A stretch of 38,359 nucleotides of DNA from a virus (lineage: Duplodnaviria; Caudoviricetes), in IMG/VR virus record IMGVR_UViG_3300020042_002598, positions 1-38,359 of that record. One strand, 5' to 3'. The translations under genes and the position numbers were made by a program. Below, piece after piece: positions 7,742 through 16,050 of this stretch (positions are counted from its first letter, which is position 1; every line of letters starts with the position of its first letter). The notes below the pieces were generated by a model. That model was given only the letters and a program-made list of their open reading frames with translations. It was not told the origin of the DNA and made no database searches.

Positions 7742-8860
7742 TTATTGAAGTTTAGAAAGGGCAGCAGTCAACTGCTTCCCGATTTGCAACACTGCTGGGC
7801 GCGGGTCATCCGCGCTTGCCAATGTTGTGCCTGAAGACACTGACACGACAAGATCGTCGGGCAATGTCTTCTTGCTCTTTTTGAGTTCCTTCTCCGCTTG
7901 CGCTGGAGAAATGATCTCTGTTTTATGCGGAAAGATATCCATTCCGGCCAAAGCTAATGCAGCCTTACCTTCATCCACCCACTGACGTGTACCACGCTTG
8001 GCCACCAGTTTATACCCAGGCACCGGTGCACCGCTGTCAAGGATTTGGTGCGCCAGCGCACGAAGATCTTTGATCCAATCTTCCAGCATATCAGCGTTGG
8101 CCAAGTACGAGCCCAGCGCCTGCACGTCAATCGCTTCGACTTGCGTCTTCAGCGCACGGTCAACAGCACCGGTCATCTGCGGGCAGATGGGCTTGGCCGC
8201 GCACCAACGGCAATGGTCACCGATCTTGAGTTCAGCATTCGGTTGCTGCGCCAGCTTGACGGCCTTGACCAAGTCTTTCTCAAACTGAACAATGCGCGCT
8301 GGTGTGGTCACCCAACGCTTGACCTGTGGCGGCTGGACGATCACCATCTCAATTTCAGTGGCACCTTCAAACGCCCACTTGGATTCTTCGGTACGCATGG
8401 CGGCAGCGGCGTAGAACATCAGTTGAGAATTCTCCTCTACCTCAACAGCCACGCCGTCACCGAACTTCCAATCCAATATGACAGCACGCTTGCCGATACG
8501 ACCGATAAGATCGCTACTACCAAAAACACCAGGCAACAAATCGCCAAAGCCAACACGCGTTTCAGCTTCATATTCCATCTCCTTGTTAGGGTCGATTACG
8601 TCAAGCGCCGCAAGGGCGGGCACCAGTTTGTTGTCTATTAAGTCTAGCGTCAGCACTTGGTCGTTGTAAGTGGTGCCAAGGAATGATTCAGGGTGTTTGT
8701 CTGACATCACTATTTCAGCAATGACGTTGTGCAACAGCGTACCTTCGTCGGCGTACTTGCTACTAGGCTGAGGCGGCATCTTCTGCACCAAGGCTACAGA
8801 GCCTGGGCAGTTCATTACGCGCTTGGCGGTTGAGCCGCCGACTATCTTACTGTGATCCAC
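7742..8860 (-). CDS. DUF2800 / Cas4-like PD-(D/E)xK exonuclease
   Basis: CPGS...ADEGTLLH, FGSSD, ILDWKFG, QLMFYA, HCRWCAAKPICP. GTG start with GGAG RBS. Confidence 0.9.
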   Translation of the reverse strand: MDHSKIVGGSTAKRVMNCPGSVALVQKMPPQPSSKYADEGTLLHNVIAEIVMSDKHPESFLGTTYNDQVLTLDLIDNKLVPALAALDVIDPNKEMEYEAETRVGFGDLLPGVFGSSDLIGRIGKRAVILDWKFGDGVAVEVEENSQLMFYAAAAMRTEESKWAFEGATEIEMVIVQPPQVKRWVTTPARIVQFEKDLVKAVKLAQQPNAELKIGDHCRWCAAKPICPQMTGAVDRALKTQVEAIDVQALGSYLANADMLEDWIKDLRALAHQILDSGAPVPGYKLVAKRGTRQWVDEGKAALALAGMDIFPHKTEIISPAQAEKELKKSKKTLPDDLVVSVSSGTTLASADDPRPAVLQIGKQLTAALSKLQ

Positions 8861-8889
8861 TGAACTCTCCTGTAATTGAATGAGACTGA

Positions 8890-8922
8890 ACTATAGCACG
8901 AAAAATAAAACTGTGCTAAACT
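8890..8922. promoter_or_regulatory. Symmetric divergent sigma70-type promoter pair
   Basis: + strand: TAGCAC-17-TAAACT with TG extension. - strand: TAGCAC-17-TATAGT with TG extension. It lies in the only divergent intergenic gap. Confidence 0.65.
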
Positions 8923-8929
8923 TTTTGAC

Positions 8930-9208
8930 ATGAAAGAAAAAATAGTTGAAAATCATTTTGTCTGGGCAGTTGAGCGCATTGGCGGCAAGACGTACAAGTT
9001 CACGTCACCTGGGCGCAAAGGTGTAGCAGATCGAATTGCGTGTTTGCCCGACGGCAGCACATGGTTTGTGGAGTTGAAGACCAAGGGCGGCAGGCTGTCA
9101 GCGTTGCAGAAGATGTTCATGTCGGACATGACGCTGCTGAAACAGAACTACGCATGTTTATGGACGATAGAACAAATTGATGGGTGGCTCAATGAAAGGT
9201 CAGTTTAA
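8930..9208 (+). CDS. VRR-NUC domain nuclease
   Basis: EKIVE...KFTSPGRKGVADRI...FVELKTKGGRLSALQ. Confidence 0.9.
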   Translation: MKEKIVENHFVWAVERIGGKTYKFTSPGRKGVADRIACLPDGSTWFVELKTKGGRLSALQKMFMSDMTLLKQNYACLWTIEQIDGWLNERSV

Positions 9209-9485
9209 ACAGAAAAAAGTAGCGTTTTCGTTGAACCGCGTAGCTAACCATTTGATCACCAGATCGGAGCTTGAGTCTGTAGCTAACGATTTTATGGCGG
9301 GCGCTACTGGCGACCCCATAGTTGACAAAGTTGTAGAAGAATTTTTAGCAACAGGCAAGTTGGACTTGATCGCGCTAAAGGTGTTTGTTAAACGTGTCTA
9401 TTACTTAGGAATGATGGAAGGAACGCGCCGAATTAATTCTGATCCCCGCATCAGGTACGTTAAGGCTAAAAAAGATGAAACTTAG
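9192..9485 (+). CDS. Hypothetical protein
   Basis: Fills the gap between VRR-NUC and the helicase with short overlaps. More AT-rich than its neighbours. Confidence 0.65.
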   Translation: MKGQFKQKKVAFSLNRVANHLITRSELESVANDFMAGATGDPIVDKVVEEFLATGKLDLIALKVFVKRVYYLGMMEGTRRINSDPRIRYVKAKKDET

Positions 9486-10797
9486 ACCATACCAAGACGA
9501 GGCGGCTGACTTCCTCTACGAGCGCGACCGAGCCATGATCTTGGCACCTGTTGGCGCTGGCAAGACAGCCATCACGCTGACGGCCATGCAAGACATGCTG
9601 GCCAACGGTGTGGCCAAGCGGTTCCTCGTTCTGGCACCTAAGCGCGTCTGTACCGACGTGTGGCCAATCGAGCAACCCAAGTGGGCACCTGACGTGCCGC
9701 TGGCCGTGGCAGTGGGCACACCCAAGGAACGCACCGCAGCACTGCGCTCCAAGGCGCAGATCGTGGTCAGCAACTACGACAACATCCAATGGCTGGCCGA
9801 GCAGGCGCTGGACTTTGACGGCATTGTGTTTGACGAGCTGACACGCTTGAAGAACCCGTCCGGCACACGTTTCAAGGCGTTGCTCAAGGTGCTGGAGCCC
9901 ATGACCATTCGCTGGGGCTTGACCGGCTCATTCACCAGCAACGGCTTGGAAGATGTGTTTGGCCAGTGCAAGATCGTTGACCAGAGTTTGCTTGGCCGAT
10001 CCAAAGGCGCGTTCATGCAGCAGTATTTTGTGTTGATCAACAAAGAGTTTGGCGAGTGGGCACCACGTGTTGGCGCGCTGGCCGGTGTCATGGCGCGCCT
10101 CAAACCGGCCACCTATGTGTTGGAAGCTGGCGATTACGCCGACAAGCTGCCACCGCTTCATGTGGTCGAAGTGCGGTGCGATCTGGACGACCGCAAGCCC
10201 TACGAGAAGATGAAGGCCGACTTTCAAGCGCTGGACGTCACGGCCATCAATGCGGGCGTGGTCACCGGCAAGTTGCAACAGATGGCCAGCGGGTTTGTGT
10301 ACGACACACGCAAGACGGCTTCTGACGTGCCTGGGAAGTTCATCGTCACCCAAACGCCAGTGTGGTTCAGCCCCCATAAATTTGACCGGCTTGAGGAGCT
10401 GCTAGATGAAAATCAAAGAGCAAATACGATCATTGCTTACACGTATCAAGAGGAGTTGGCAGAACTCAAGCGTCGCTATCCCCACGCCCAAACCCTTGAC
10501 GACAAAGAAGCCATTCAACGCTGGAACGAAGGCAAGATCGAACTCCTACTGGTGCATCCAAAGTCAGCGGGTCACGGACTCAACCTTCAATTTGGGGGCT
10601 GCAAAATCATTTTCCTGTCCCTGCCTTGGTCGTTGGAACTGTACGAGCAGACCATTGGACGGTTGCACCGTTCCGGTCAAAAGCACGACGTGTGGTGCTA
10701 CGTCATGCTGACCAACAAAACTATAGATGAAAAAATTTGGGGTGCGCTACACGACAAGCGCGCGGTGTCGGATATTGCAATGGAGGAACTGAAATGA
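9475..10797 (+). CDS. SNF2-like SF2 helicase
   Basis: LRPYQ, APVGAGKT, FDELT, LTGS, SAGHGLNLQ, QTIGRLHRSGQ. Confidence 0.93.
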   Translation: MKLRPYQDEAADFLYERDRAMILAPVGAGKTAITLTAMQDMLANGVAKRFLVLAPKRVCTDVWPIEQPKWAPDVPLAVAVGTPKERTAALRSKAQIVVSNYDNIQWLAEQALDFDGIVFDELTRLKNPSGTRFKALLKVLEPMTIRWGLTGSFTSNGLEDVFGQCKIVDQSLLGRSKGAFMQQYFVLINKEFGEWAPRVGALAGVMARLKPATYVLEAGDYADKLPPLHVVEVRCDLDDRKPYEKMKADFQALDVTAINAGVVTGKLQQMASGFVYDTRKTASDVPGKFIVTQTPVWFSPHKFDRLEELLDENQRANTIIAYTYQEELAELKRRYPHAQTLDDKEAIQRWNEGKIELLLVHPKSAGHGLNLQFGGCKIIFLSLPWSLELYEQTIGRLHRSGQKHDVWCYVMLTNKTIDEKIWGALHDKRAVSDIAMEELK

Positions 10798-10961
10798 GTG
10801 TACGTTTGAACAACTGGAAGACGCAGTTAAAAGCTGAGAAGTCTATACAGAAAATTTACCAGCGAGACTTTAACGCCGCCTGGCGCAAGTTGAGCAAGAG
10901 CATGACGTTAGTTAAAAAACTGGAGGACAAAGTTGCAACTCACTTGGCGAAAATTAAATGA
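10794..10961 (+). CDS. Hypothetical basic coiled-coil protein
   Basis: ATGA overlap with the helicase stop and a GGAGG RBS. Confidence 0.7.
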   Translation: MSVRLNNWKTQLKAEKSIQKIYQRDFNAAWRKLSKSMTLVKKLEDKVATHLAKIK

Positions 10962-11124
10962 AGAACTCAAGACCTTTGACGAAGACAAGGTGTTGGAGAT
11001 GCTGACCCATGAGCGGGCGAATGCCAAGCGTGTGGTGGTGTTGGAGCGGTTGCACCAACGCTATACCACGCTGAGAGCGTCGCGCGAACGTATTGAACTT
11101 TTACACGAAGCGAGGCAACCATGA
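10933..11124 (+). CDS. Hypothetical protein
   Basis: TTG start after GGAGG. The stop overlaps the next ATG. Confidence 0.7.
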   Translation: MQLTWRKLNEELKTFDEDKVLEMLTHERANAKRVVVLERLHQRYTTLRASRERIELLHEARQP

Positions 11125-11342
11125 CATGGCGTGAAACAACAAGCAAGTTCATTCGGGACATCACCCGAATTAAAACCATCAGAGAGATTATTGCCAAGGA
11201 ACTCAGAGAGTCGCACGTGAAGAAGCTGGAGGCTGAGTCGGCGGTTGAGTACGCAGTGTCCATTGTTCAGTACAACGAACGACGGATCAAGCGCCTTGAA
11301 CAACGGCTACTTGAGCACACGACAGAAGGAGATTACACATGA
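11121..11342 (+). CDS. Hypothetical protein
   Basis: GAGG RBS and ATGA overlaps. Confidence 0.7.
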   Translation: MTWRETTSKFIRDITRIKTIREIIAKELRESHVKKLEAESAVEYAVSIVQYNERRIKRLEQRLLEHTTEGDYT

Positions 11343-11506
11343 TTGAAACAATCAGAACATTCGTAGGAAAACTGCGGGGCCAACACGGTGAGCGCAGCAC
11401 TATCGTGGAGCAAGGACTTGTTTGGCGTTGCACACAATGCAATTTGATTTTCTTAACCAGAACAACAGCGGAGAAGCACCCATGCCAAGACCAAAAAGTG
11501 AATTGA
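11339..11506 (+). CDS. Small zinc-finger protein (55 aa)
   Basis: Not in the ORF track. AAGGAG RBS, ATGA overlap, motif WRCTQCNLIFLTRTTAEKHPC. Confidence 0.7.
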   Translation: MIETIRTFVGKLRGQHGERSTIVEQGLVWRCTQCNLIFLTRTTAEKHPCQDQKVN

Positions 11507-11640
11507 CTAGCGTGGCCAAGAACATCGGTGTACGGTTAATTCCGGCGCATCTTGCCGAATGGAACCGTCTGGGCGGGGCCAAGTGGCTGCGCCAAGTGTT
11601 GTCGCAAAGTATTAAGGAGAAGCGCGATGCCAGCGTTTGA
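11482..11640 (+). CDS. Putative ribbon-helix-helix regulator
   Basis: GGAG RBS. MPRPK...IGVRL strand followed by two helices (EWNRLGGAKWLRQVL). Confidence 0.6.
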   Translation: MPRPKSELTSVAKNIGVRLIPAHLAEWNRLGGAKWLRQVLSQSIKEKRDASV

Positions 11641-11776
11641 AACTTGGGAACGTGAGAACTTAATTAAGTTTGCTGCCGAAGCATACCAAAAGATGCAAGA
11701 GCAGCACGACCTGATACAGCAGTTGCAGAACGATGTGAAAGACGCCATCAAGGCATACAGGGAGTTGATCAAATGA
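11627..11776 (+). CDS. Hypothetical coiled-coil protein (49 aa)
   Basis: TAAGGAG RBS. The stop overlaps the next ATG. Confidence 0.7.
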   Translation: MPAFETWERENLIKFAAEAYQKMQEQHDLIQQLQNDVKDAIKAYRELIK

Positions 11777-12402
11777 GCTATATCGTGGCATCGCTGCCGC
11801 CAGTTAAATGTTTTGTCAAGCGTGAGTTTCTCTACAACGACCACAAAGGTCACGGTGAGTTGGAGCCAGCTATCTGGGTGAGCCTCAAAGCGTTGCGTGG
11901 TCAAGTGTTTCGCATTGAGTCGCTACTGCCAGCGTATGGTGCGTTGTATGACAAGCTGCCCATCCACGCCTATGTATGGAAGCAAGACGCCAGTGACCTG
12001 CCCATTGACACCTTGCAACTGTGGGACTGCATGGGCTACCGTTTCACCATCATTGAGAAGATCGGCCTACGCAACTTGGGCGTGAAGTTCTTGGGTAAGG
12101 ATAAGCAGTGGCACTTTGGCCGCTACCTGTTCACCGTGGACTTCTGCGCTGATGAGTTAACGCTGGACACTGGCTTTACTGAACAGGCCGAAGAGCATAA
12201 GTCCTTTAACTGGATTCAGTTGGACAACGGCCAGTTTGCTTGTCAGCCCAACAACAGGTGCCTGTGGTATGACCAGAGCCTGATTCCTGCTGAGACAAAG
12301 TTTCCCGACTTCCAAGCGGCTCAAAGACTGTGGACGGTAGACGGCACACGCAAGTGGTCAGCAGGCGATGATTGGTTCTACGACATCAAGGAAAAGACAT
12401 GA
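11773..12402 (+). CDS. Phage protein of unknown function (209 aa)
   Basis: Globular, aromatic-rich ORF with a GGGAG RBS and ATGA coupling. Confidence 0.8.
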   Translation: MSYIVASLPPVKCFVKREFLYNDHKGHGELEPAIWVSLKALRGQVFRIESLLPAYGALYDKLPIHAYVWKQDASDLPIDTLQLWDCMGYRFTIIEKIGLRNLGVKFLGKDKQWHFGRYLFTVDFCADELTLDTGFTEQAEEHKSFNWIQLDNGQFACQPNNRCLWYDQSLIPAETKFPDFQAAQRLWTVDGTRKWSAGDDWFYDIKEKT

Positions 12403-12485
12403 TTGCTACCATATTTGTGTTGTTCATCGGCGCTATCATTGGCGTCGGTGGCATCATTGCGTTTCTGTATTTCTTCGCTGACTAG
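12399..12485 (+). CDS. Small single-TM peptide (28 aa, MIATIFVLFIGAIIGVGGIIAFLYFFAD)
   Basis: ATGA overlap and AAGGA RBS. The stop overlaps the convergent endolysin stop (CTAG). Confidence 0.6.
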   Translation: MIATIFVLFIGAIIGVGGIIAFLYFFAD

Positions 12486-12820
12486 ACATTGCGCTCAAAG
12501 TGCGGGCAGTCCACCAGGTTACTGAAGTACCCGCCCCAGCGGTTCTTGGGGTGCAACGATTCCCAGTAAATGCCCAGCGGTTCAATGATCGCCTTTCTCC
12601 AGACAATCTTGCCGTCTTTGAAGAAGTTCAGATCAATGGCGCAGCGTTTAAGGTGGATGCTGTTCATGGTCTTGGATCTGCCGGTCTTGAAGTAGATGGC
12701 TTGCTGCTCTGGCGTTCTGGCCAACTCACCTGCGGTCACGACAAAACCCTGCTCAGTGGCGTACTGGATCAGTTTGCAGGCATCCAACAAAAATGCGGCT
12801 TGTTCAGTGCTTAAGCTCAT
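12482..12820 (-). CDS. Endolysin, M15 family Zn peptidase (L-Ala-D-Glu peptidase-like)
   Basis: RTPEQQ...SIHLKRCAID...WGG...DCPHFE. Confidence 0.9.
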   Translation of the reverse strand: MSLSTEQAAFLLDACKLIQYATEQGFVVTAGELARTPEQQAIYFKTGRSKTMNSIHLKRCAIDLNFFKDGKIVWRKAIIEPLGIYWESLHPKNRWGGYFSNLVDCPHFERNV

Positions 12821-13326
12821 TTTTTCCTCATTTCTGCCAGCTTCTCAACTGTGCGACCACCAAAGTAAGCGCCCATGATCAGCATCCCCCAGTTGCCCAG
12901 CAGCGTAACGTAGGACTCATTTGCGTTTAGACCATAGGCAGACATCATGGCAAACAGGAAGTAACCCAAGAAGATGGCTATAAGGCTCATGGGGCGGATA
13001 TTCTTGGACAGCCAAGAGTCACTGCTCATATCTGCTTCCCAGCGGTCTGTGATGTTGTCAGCGTCGTTCTGCGCGGCCTTGGCCAACAGGTCAAGCTCGG
13101 CCAGTTCCATCTTGGCCTTCTCTATGCCCAACTCCAACAGGCGCTCCTCGTGGTCAAACTGCAACTGGCGCAGCTTGCTGACATCTTCTGGCGTGGGGTT
13201 GTCAGGTATCTTCACACCTAGCGTCTTTTCGACCACTTCCTTGCCTTTGGCTTGGATGGCGCTGGAGAGCAGTCCTAGCCCGTTCTGGGCAAGGCTACCA
13301 AGTAGGGATGCGACTATTGGGATCAT
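12817..13326 (-). CDS. Holin-like protein (3TM/GTA-holin-like family)
   Basis: SDSWLSKNIRP, two C-terminal TM segments, AYFGGRTVEK. Adjacent to the endolysin. Confidence 0.7.
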   Translation of the reverse strand: MIPIVASLLGSLAQNGLGLLSSAIQAKGKEVVEKTLGVKIPDNPTPEDVSKLRQLQFDHEERLLELGIEKAKMELAELDLLAKAAQNDADNITDRWEADMSSDSWLSKNIRPMSLIAIFLGYFLFAMMSAYGLNANESYVTLLGNWGMLIMGAYFGGRTVEKLAEMRKK

Positions 13327-13607
13327 TTTCTTTCCTCCAGTTGAATAATAAGGCGACGAACAATTGCCTGCTGTCGTTTGTTTTCTTCTTGCACAACAAG
13401 CATATCAAAATACATTGACGCCATCAGGTACAAGAACAACGGCAAAATTAACATTATCACAATTAAACAAATTAAAAAAACTACTTGTCCATGTTCATTT
13501 GTTTTATCGACCACAGCATCAGGTGGAGGTATATAGTAACTGTCAGAACTGCTGCGATTATTAGCGCCTTGTCTTGTAGGTTGCTTATTGTTCTTTTGCG
13601 TTGCCAT
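13323..13607 (-). CDS. Single-TM lysis-region protein
   Basis: Central TM and C-terminal coiled coil. Overlaps the upstream gene by 127 nt. Confidence 0.6.
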   Translation of the reverse strand: MATQKNNKQPTRQGANNRSSSDSYYIPPPDAVVDKTNEHGQVVFLICLIVIMLILPLFLYLMASMYFDMLVVQEENKRQQAIVRRLIIQLEERK

Positions 13608-14011
13608 TTGAGTTGTAACTCCGCTTGACGTTCCAGTTCAATCTGCTTTTCGTTTTCCTCGTTCAGTTTCTTGTACTCTTCCTCAAACCTTGACCAGACG
13701 GCACCCAACGCAGGGTCTGTGTGGTAGATCAAAAACTCACGCAATTCTACCGACTGCCGTTCTAATTCAATTTGGTGAAACACATTTTCCAGCGCCTGTG
13801 CTTTCATTGACTTGGTTTTGGGAGGGTCAAGCTCTTGGCGCTTGACTTCTTTTTTAATTTCTTCGTGCGAGTCGAAGAATTGGCCAATGAACCCAGAGAT
13901 CTCTTTGGTTATCTTGTAGAGGTCTGTACCCGCAGCTTTGGCATCTTTGTACAAAGCCACACCTTGCTTAATTCCAGCAATTGCAGCCAGTGCCAGTGTG
14001 ATAGGTTCAAT
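13481..14011 (-). CDS. Lysis-region coiled-coil membrane protein, probable ATT start
   Basis: The frame extends upstream of the tracked GTG (13960) as IEPITLALAAIAGIKQG to an ATT at 14011. C-terminal TM. Confidence 0.65.
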   Translation of the reverse strand: MEPITLALAAIAGIKQGVALYKDAKAAGTDLYKITKEISGFIGQFFDSHEEIKKEVKRQELDPPKTKSMKAQALENVFHQIELERQSVELREFLIYHTDPALGAVWSRFEEEYKKLNEENEKQIELERQAELQLKWQRKRTISNLQDKALIIAAVLTVTIYLHLMLWSIKQMNMDK

Positions 14012-14209
14012 TTACAGCCCCAATATCTTTTTGACCAACTCACCGGCAAAGCCTGGGCCGAACAGCACCGCAACAATGACGACGTAGATCAGGTATTCAA
14101 TCCGCGTCATGCGCTTGTCGCCGTCGATGAATGATTTCTCAATGGCCGCGTAACGTTCAGCACAAACAGCTTCGTGTACGGCCAACTTGGTGGTAGTTTG
14201 TTCAGTCAT
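14012..14209 (-). CDS. Small coiled-coil + TM protein (holin/XhlA-like)
   Basis: HEAVCAERY motif, C-terminal TM, first gene of the lysis cassette. Confidence 0.65.
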   Translation of the reverse strand: MTEQTTTKLAVHEAVCAERYAAIEKSFIDGDKRMTRIEYLIYVVIVAVLFGPGFAGELVKKILGL

Positions 14210-14211
14210 AG

Positions 14212-16050
14212 TTAATCAGGCCCAAAGCCTCGAACCTCAATTTTTGGAAATTGGTTCAAATTGTTTTGGTTTTCTTGCGTTGGCGCAAGAGCGTTTTGCG
14301 TTTGGGTGATGACGTTCAATTTGGTTGGGCTCAAGTTTGCTTGGCCAAGCGCCCTAAGCACATCAAGACGTTGCGACGCAGGAACTTTTTTTAGCAATGT
14401 TTGAAAATCTTTGGCGGACGCAAAACCTTTTTCAAGTTCTTTCAATACGTTTGCGCTCATCTTGTCTTTTAATATGTCCAGCACTTCGTTTGTCACCGTT
14501 ACTTTGACATCTAAAAAGCTAGGCAAACGAAATTTGGATCGATTAGCTTCCATGATTATTTTCATGGCGTCTGCGCCAGCTTGGGTTTGGCGCACGACTT
14601 CAGCGTTGCGTTTTAATTCAGACTCAATGCCTTTAACCACGCCCATTTGTTGTGGTGACAGTACTTGGCTTAAATCGTCGTACCTTGTTGCACCAGTTGC
14701 TTTTTTGAGTAGTGCAGTTTCACCGCGCCCTAACGCAGTCATAAAAGGCAGCGCGCGTTCACCAGCGCCAAGAGGTTGCGTAAGAACTTCTTGCATGGCA
14801 CCCAAAACTTTAGCTTGGTTAACTGGGGGCGATGCGGCGGCAAATACTCGCTGGGCACGTTCATACCCTGGCAACGCTTGCTCAATTGTTTTCTTGACAT
14901 CGACCAAATTGCTAACGATAAATTTATTGTCCTTACTAGAAATCAAATCTTTAAGGTTATCTAACACCGAAGACACTTGTTGCGCGCTACTGCTAGCTTC
15001 TAAACCTGTTTTCACTTGATTTAGCGCAGACACAAGTTTGGCGTTGCCTGGGTTTGCGGCCAAAATCGTATCGAGTTGTTGAGTCAATGGTGCAGTGTTA
15101 ATTGGCGTTAAGGGTAATGTGGCTGCGTTATAAAACGGCTTAGACACATTTCGCCGCGCTGTTTCAGCGGCTTGCAAATCAGGCGTAACCGCTTGCAACC
15201 GCGCCATGCGTTCCGTTTCTTGCGCTTGCTGAACAGACAACGCTTGGCCAGGTGCGGTTTTGGCTTCAACTGTTTTGCCCAGATACTGAACTTGAGGCGA
15301 TGTTACATCTGCTAAAGCCTGACGCACCGTCATGCTTGGTTGCGCGTTGGCCAGCGCGTTTTGCGCGGTAGCTAAGTTTTGTGGTGCTCTGCCTTCTTCA
15401 GTCAACGCATTACGCACAATATTGCCTGCACGTGCTGCTGCACGTTCACCCGCCATTGCGTCAATTACATTGCCTGCGCCTTTTGCGCCTAACGCCAATC
15501 CATAGTTAGCCGTTGCAGTAACGGGGGTTAATGGGTTTGTGTACTTGGCCGCAACACCCATTACTTTTGATGCTGTGGGCGCTATGCGAGCCGTTGCCGC
15601 CGCGCCGCCGGTAAACAATGTGGATAGGTCAGCCGCCGCGCCCACGGGATCGGTTGCCAAAGTATTTTTTAACGCTTCAACACTGCCATAACGATCTTTA
15701 AACATACCGCCAACAGCATTTGCCATCTCAACGGCGCGTTTAGATGCTTCAGGGTTGGTGTCAATTTGGTTGACCAAATCAACCAAATCTTTAGGTAACA
15801 ATTTTTGCAACGCGCCAGCACCAACATCTAATATGCCGGTCGCTGTTTGCACAGGGTTTGTAATTGCGGTCACCAAACCTTTGTAAAAATTGGCGGCGCT
15901 TGTGCCTACGTTAGCTAACGCTTCGCCAGGCACGTCTGCAAATGATCGACGAGGGCCAGGTACGCCGCCACCACTTGATATTGGTTGCGCGGTATTAAGA
16001 TCAAATCCACCAGATGCAACTGGTGCGGCGGTGCCAAAATCAAAACCCAT
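14212..16050 (-). CDS. DNA ejection protein (P22 gp16 position)
   Basis: Large Ala/Gln-rich helical protein, third of three after the tail genes. Confidence 0.7.
   Translation of the reverse strand: MGFDFGTAAPVASGGFDLNTAQPISSGGGVPGPRRSFADVPGEALANVGTSAANFYKGLVTAITNPVQTATGILDVGAGALQKLLPKDLVDLVNQIDTNPEASKRAVEMANAVGGMFKDRYGSVEALKNTLATDPVGAAADLSTLFTGGAAATARIAPTASKVMGVAAKYTNPLTPVTATANYGLALGAKGAGNVIDAMAGERAAARAGNIVRNALTEEGRAPQNLATAQNALANAQPSMTVRQALADVTSPQVQYLGKTVEAKTAPGQALSVQQAQETERMARLQAVTPDLQAAETARRNVSKPFYNAATLPLTPINTAPLTQQLDTILAANPGNAKLVSALNQVKTGLEASSSAQQVSSVLDNLKDLISSKDNKFIVSNLVDVKKTIEQALPGYERAQRVFAAASPPVNQAKVLGAMQEVLTQPLGAGERALPFMTALGRGETALLKKATGATRYDDLSQVLSPQQMGVVKGIESELKRNAEVVRQTQAGADAMKIIMEANRSKFRLPSFLDVKVTVTNEVLDILKDKMSANVLKELEKGFASAKDFQTLLKKVPASQRLDVLRALGQANLSPTKLNVITQTQNALAPTQENQNNLNQFPKIEVRGFGPD

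Noticed and set aside
7742-8860. Cas4-like nuclease as evidence for a CRISPR system
   Set aside because: No repeat-spacer array or other cas genes. DUF2800 is a standard member of this replication module.
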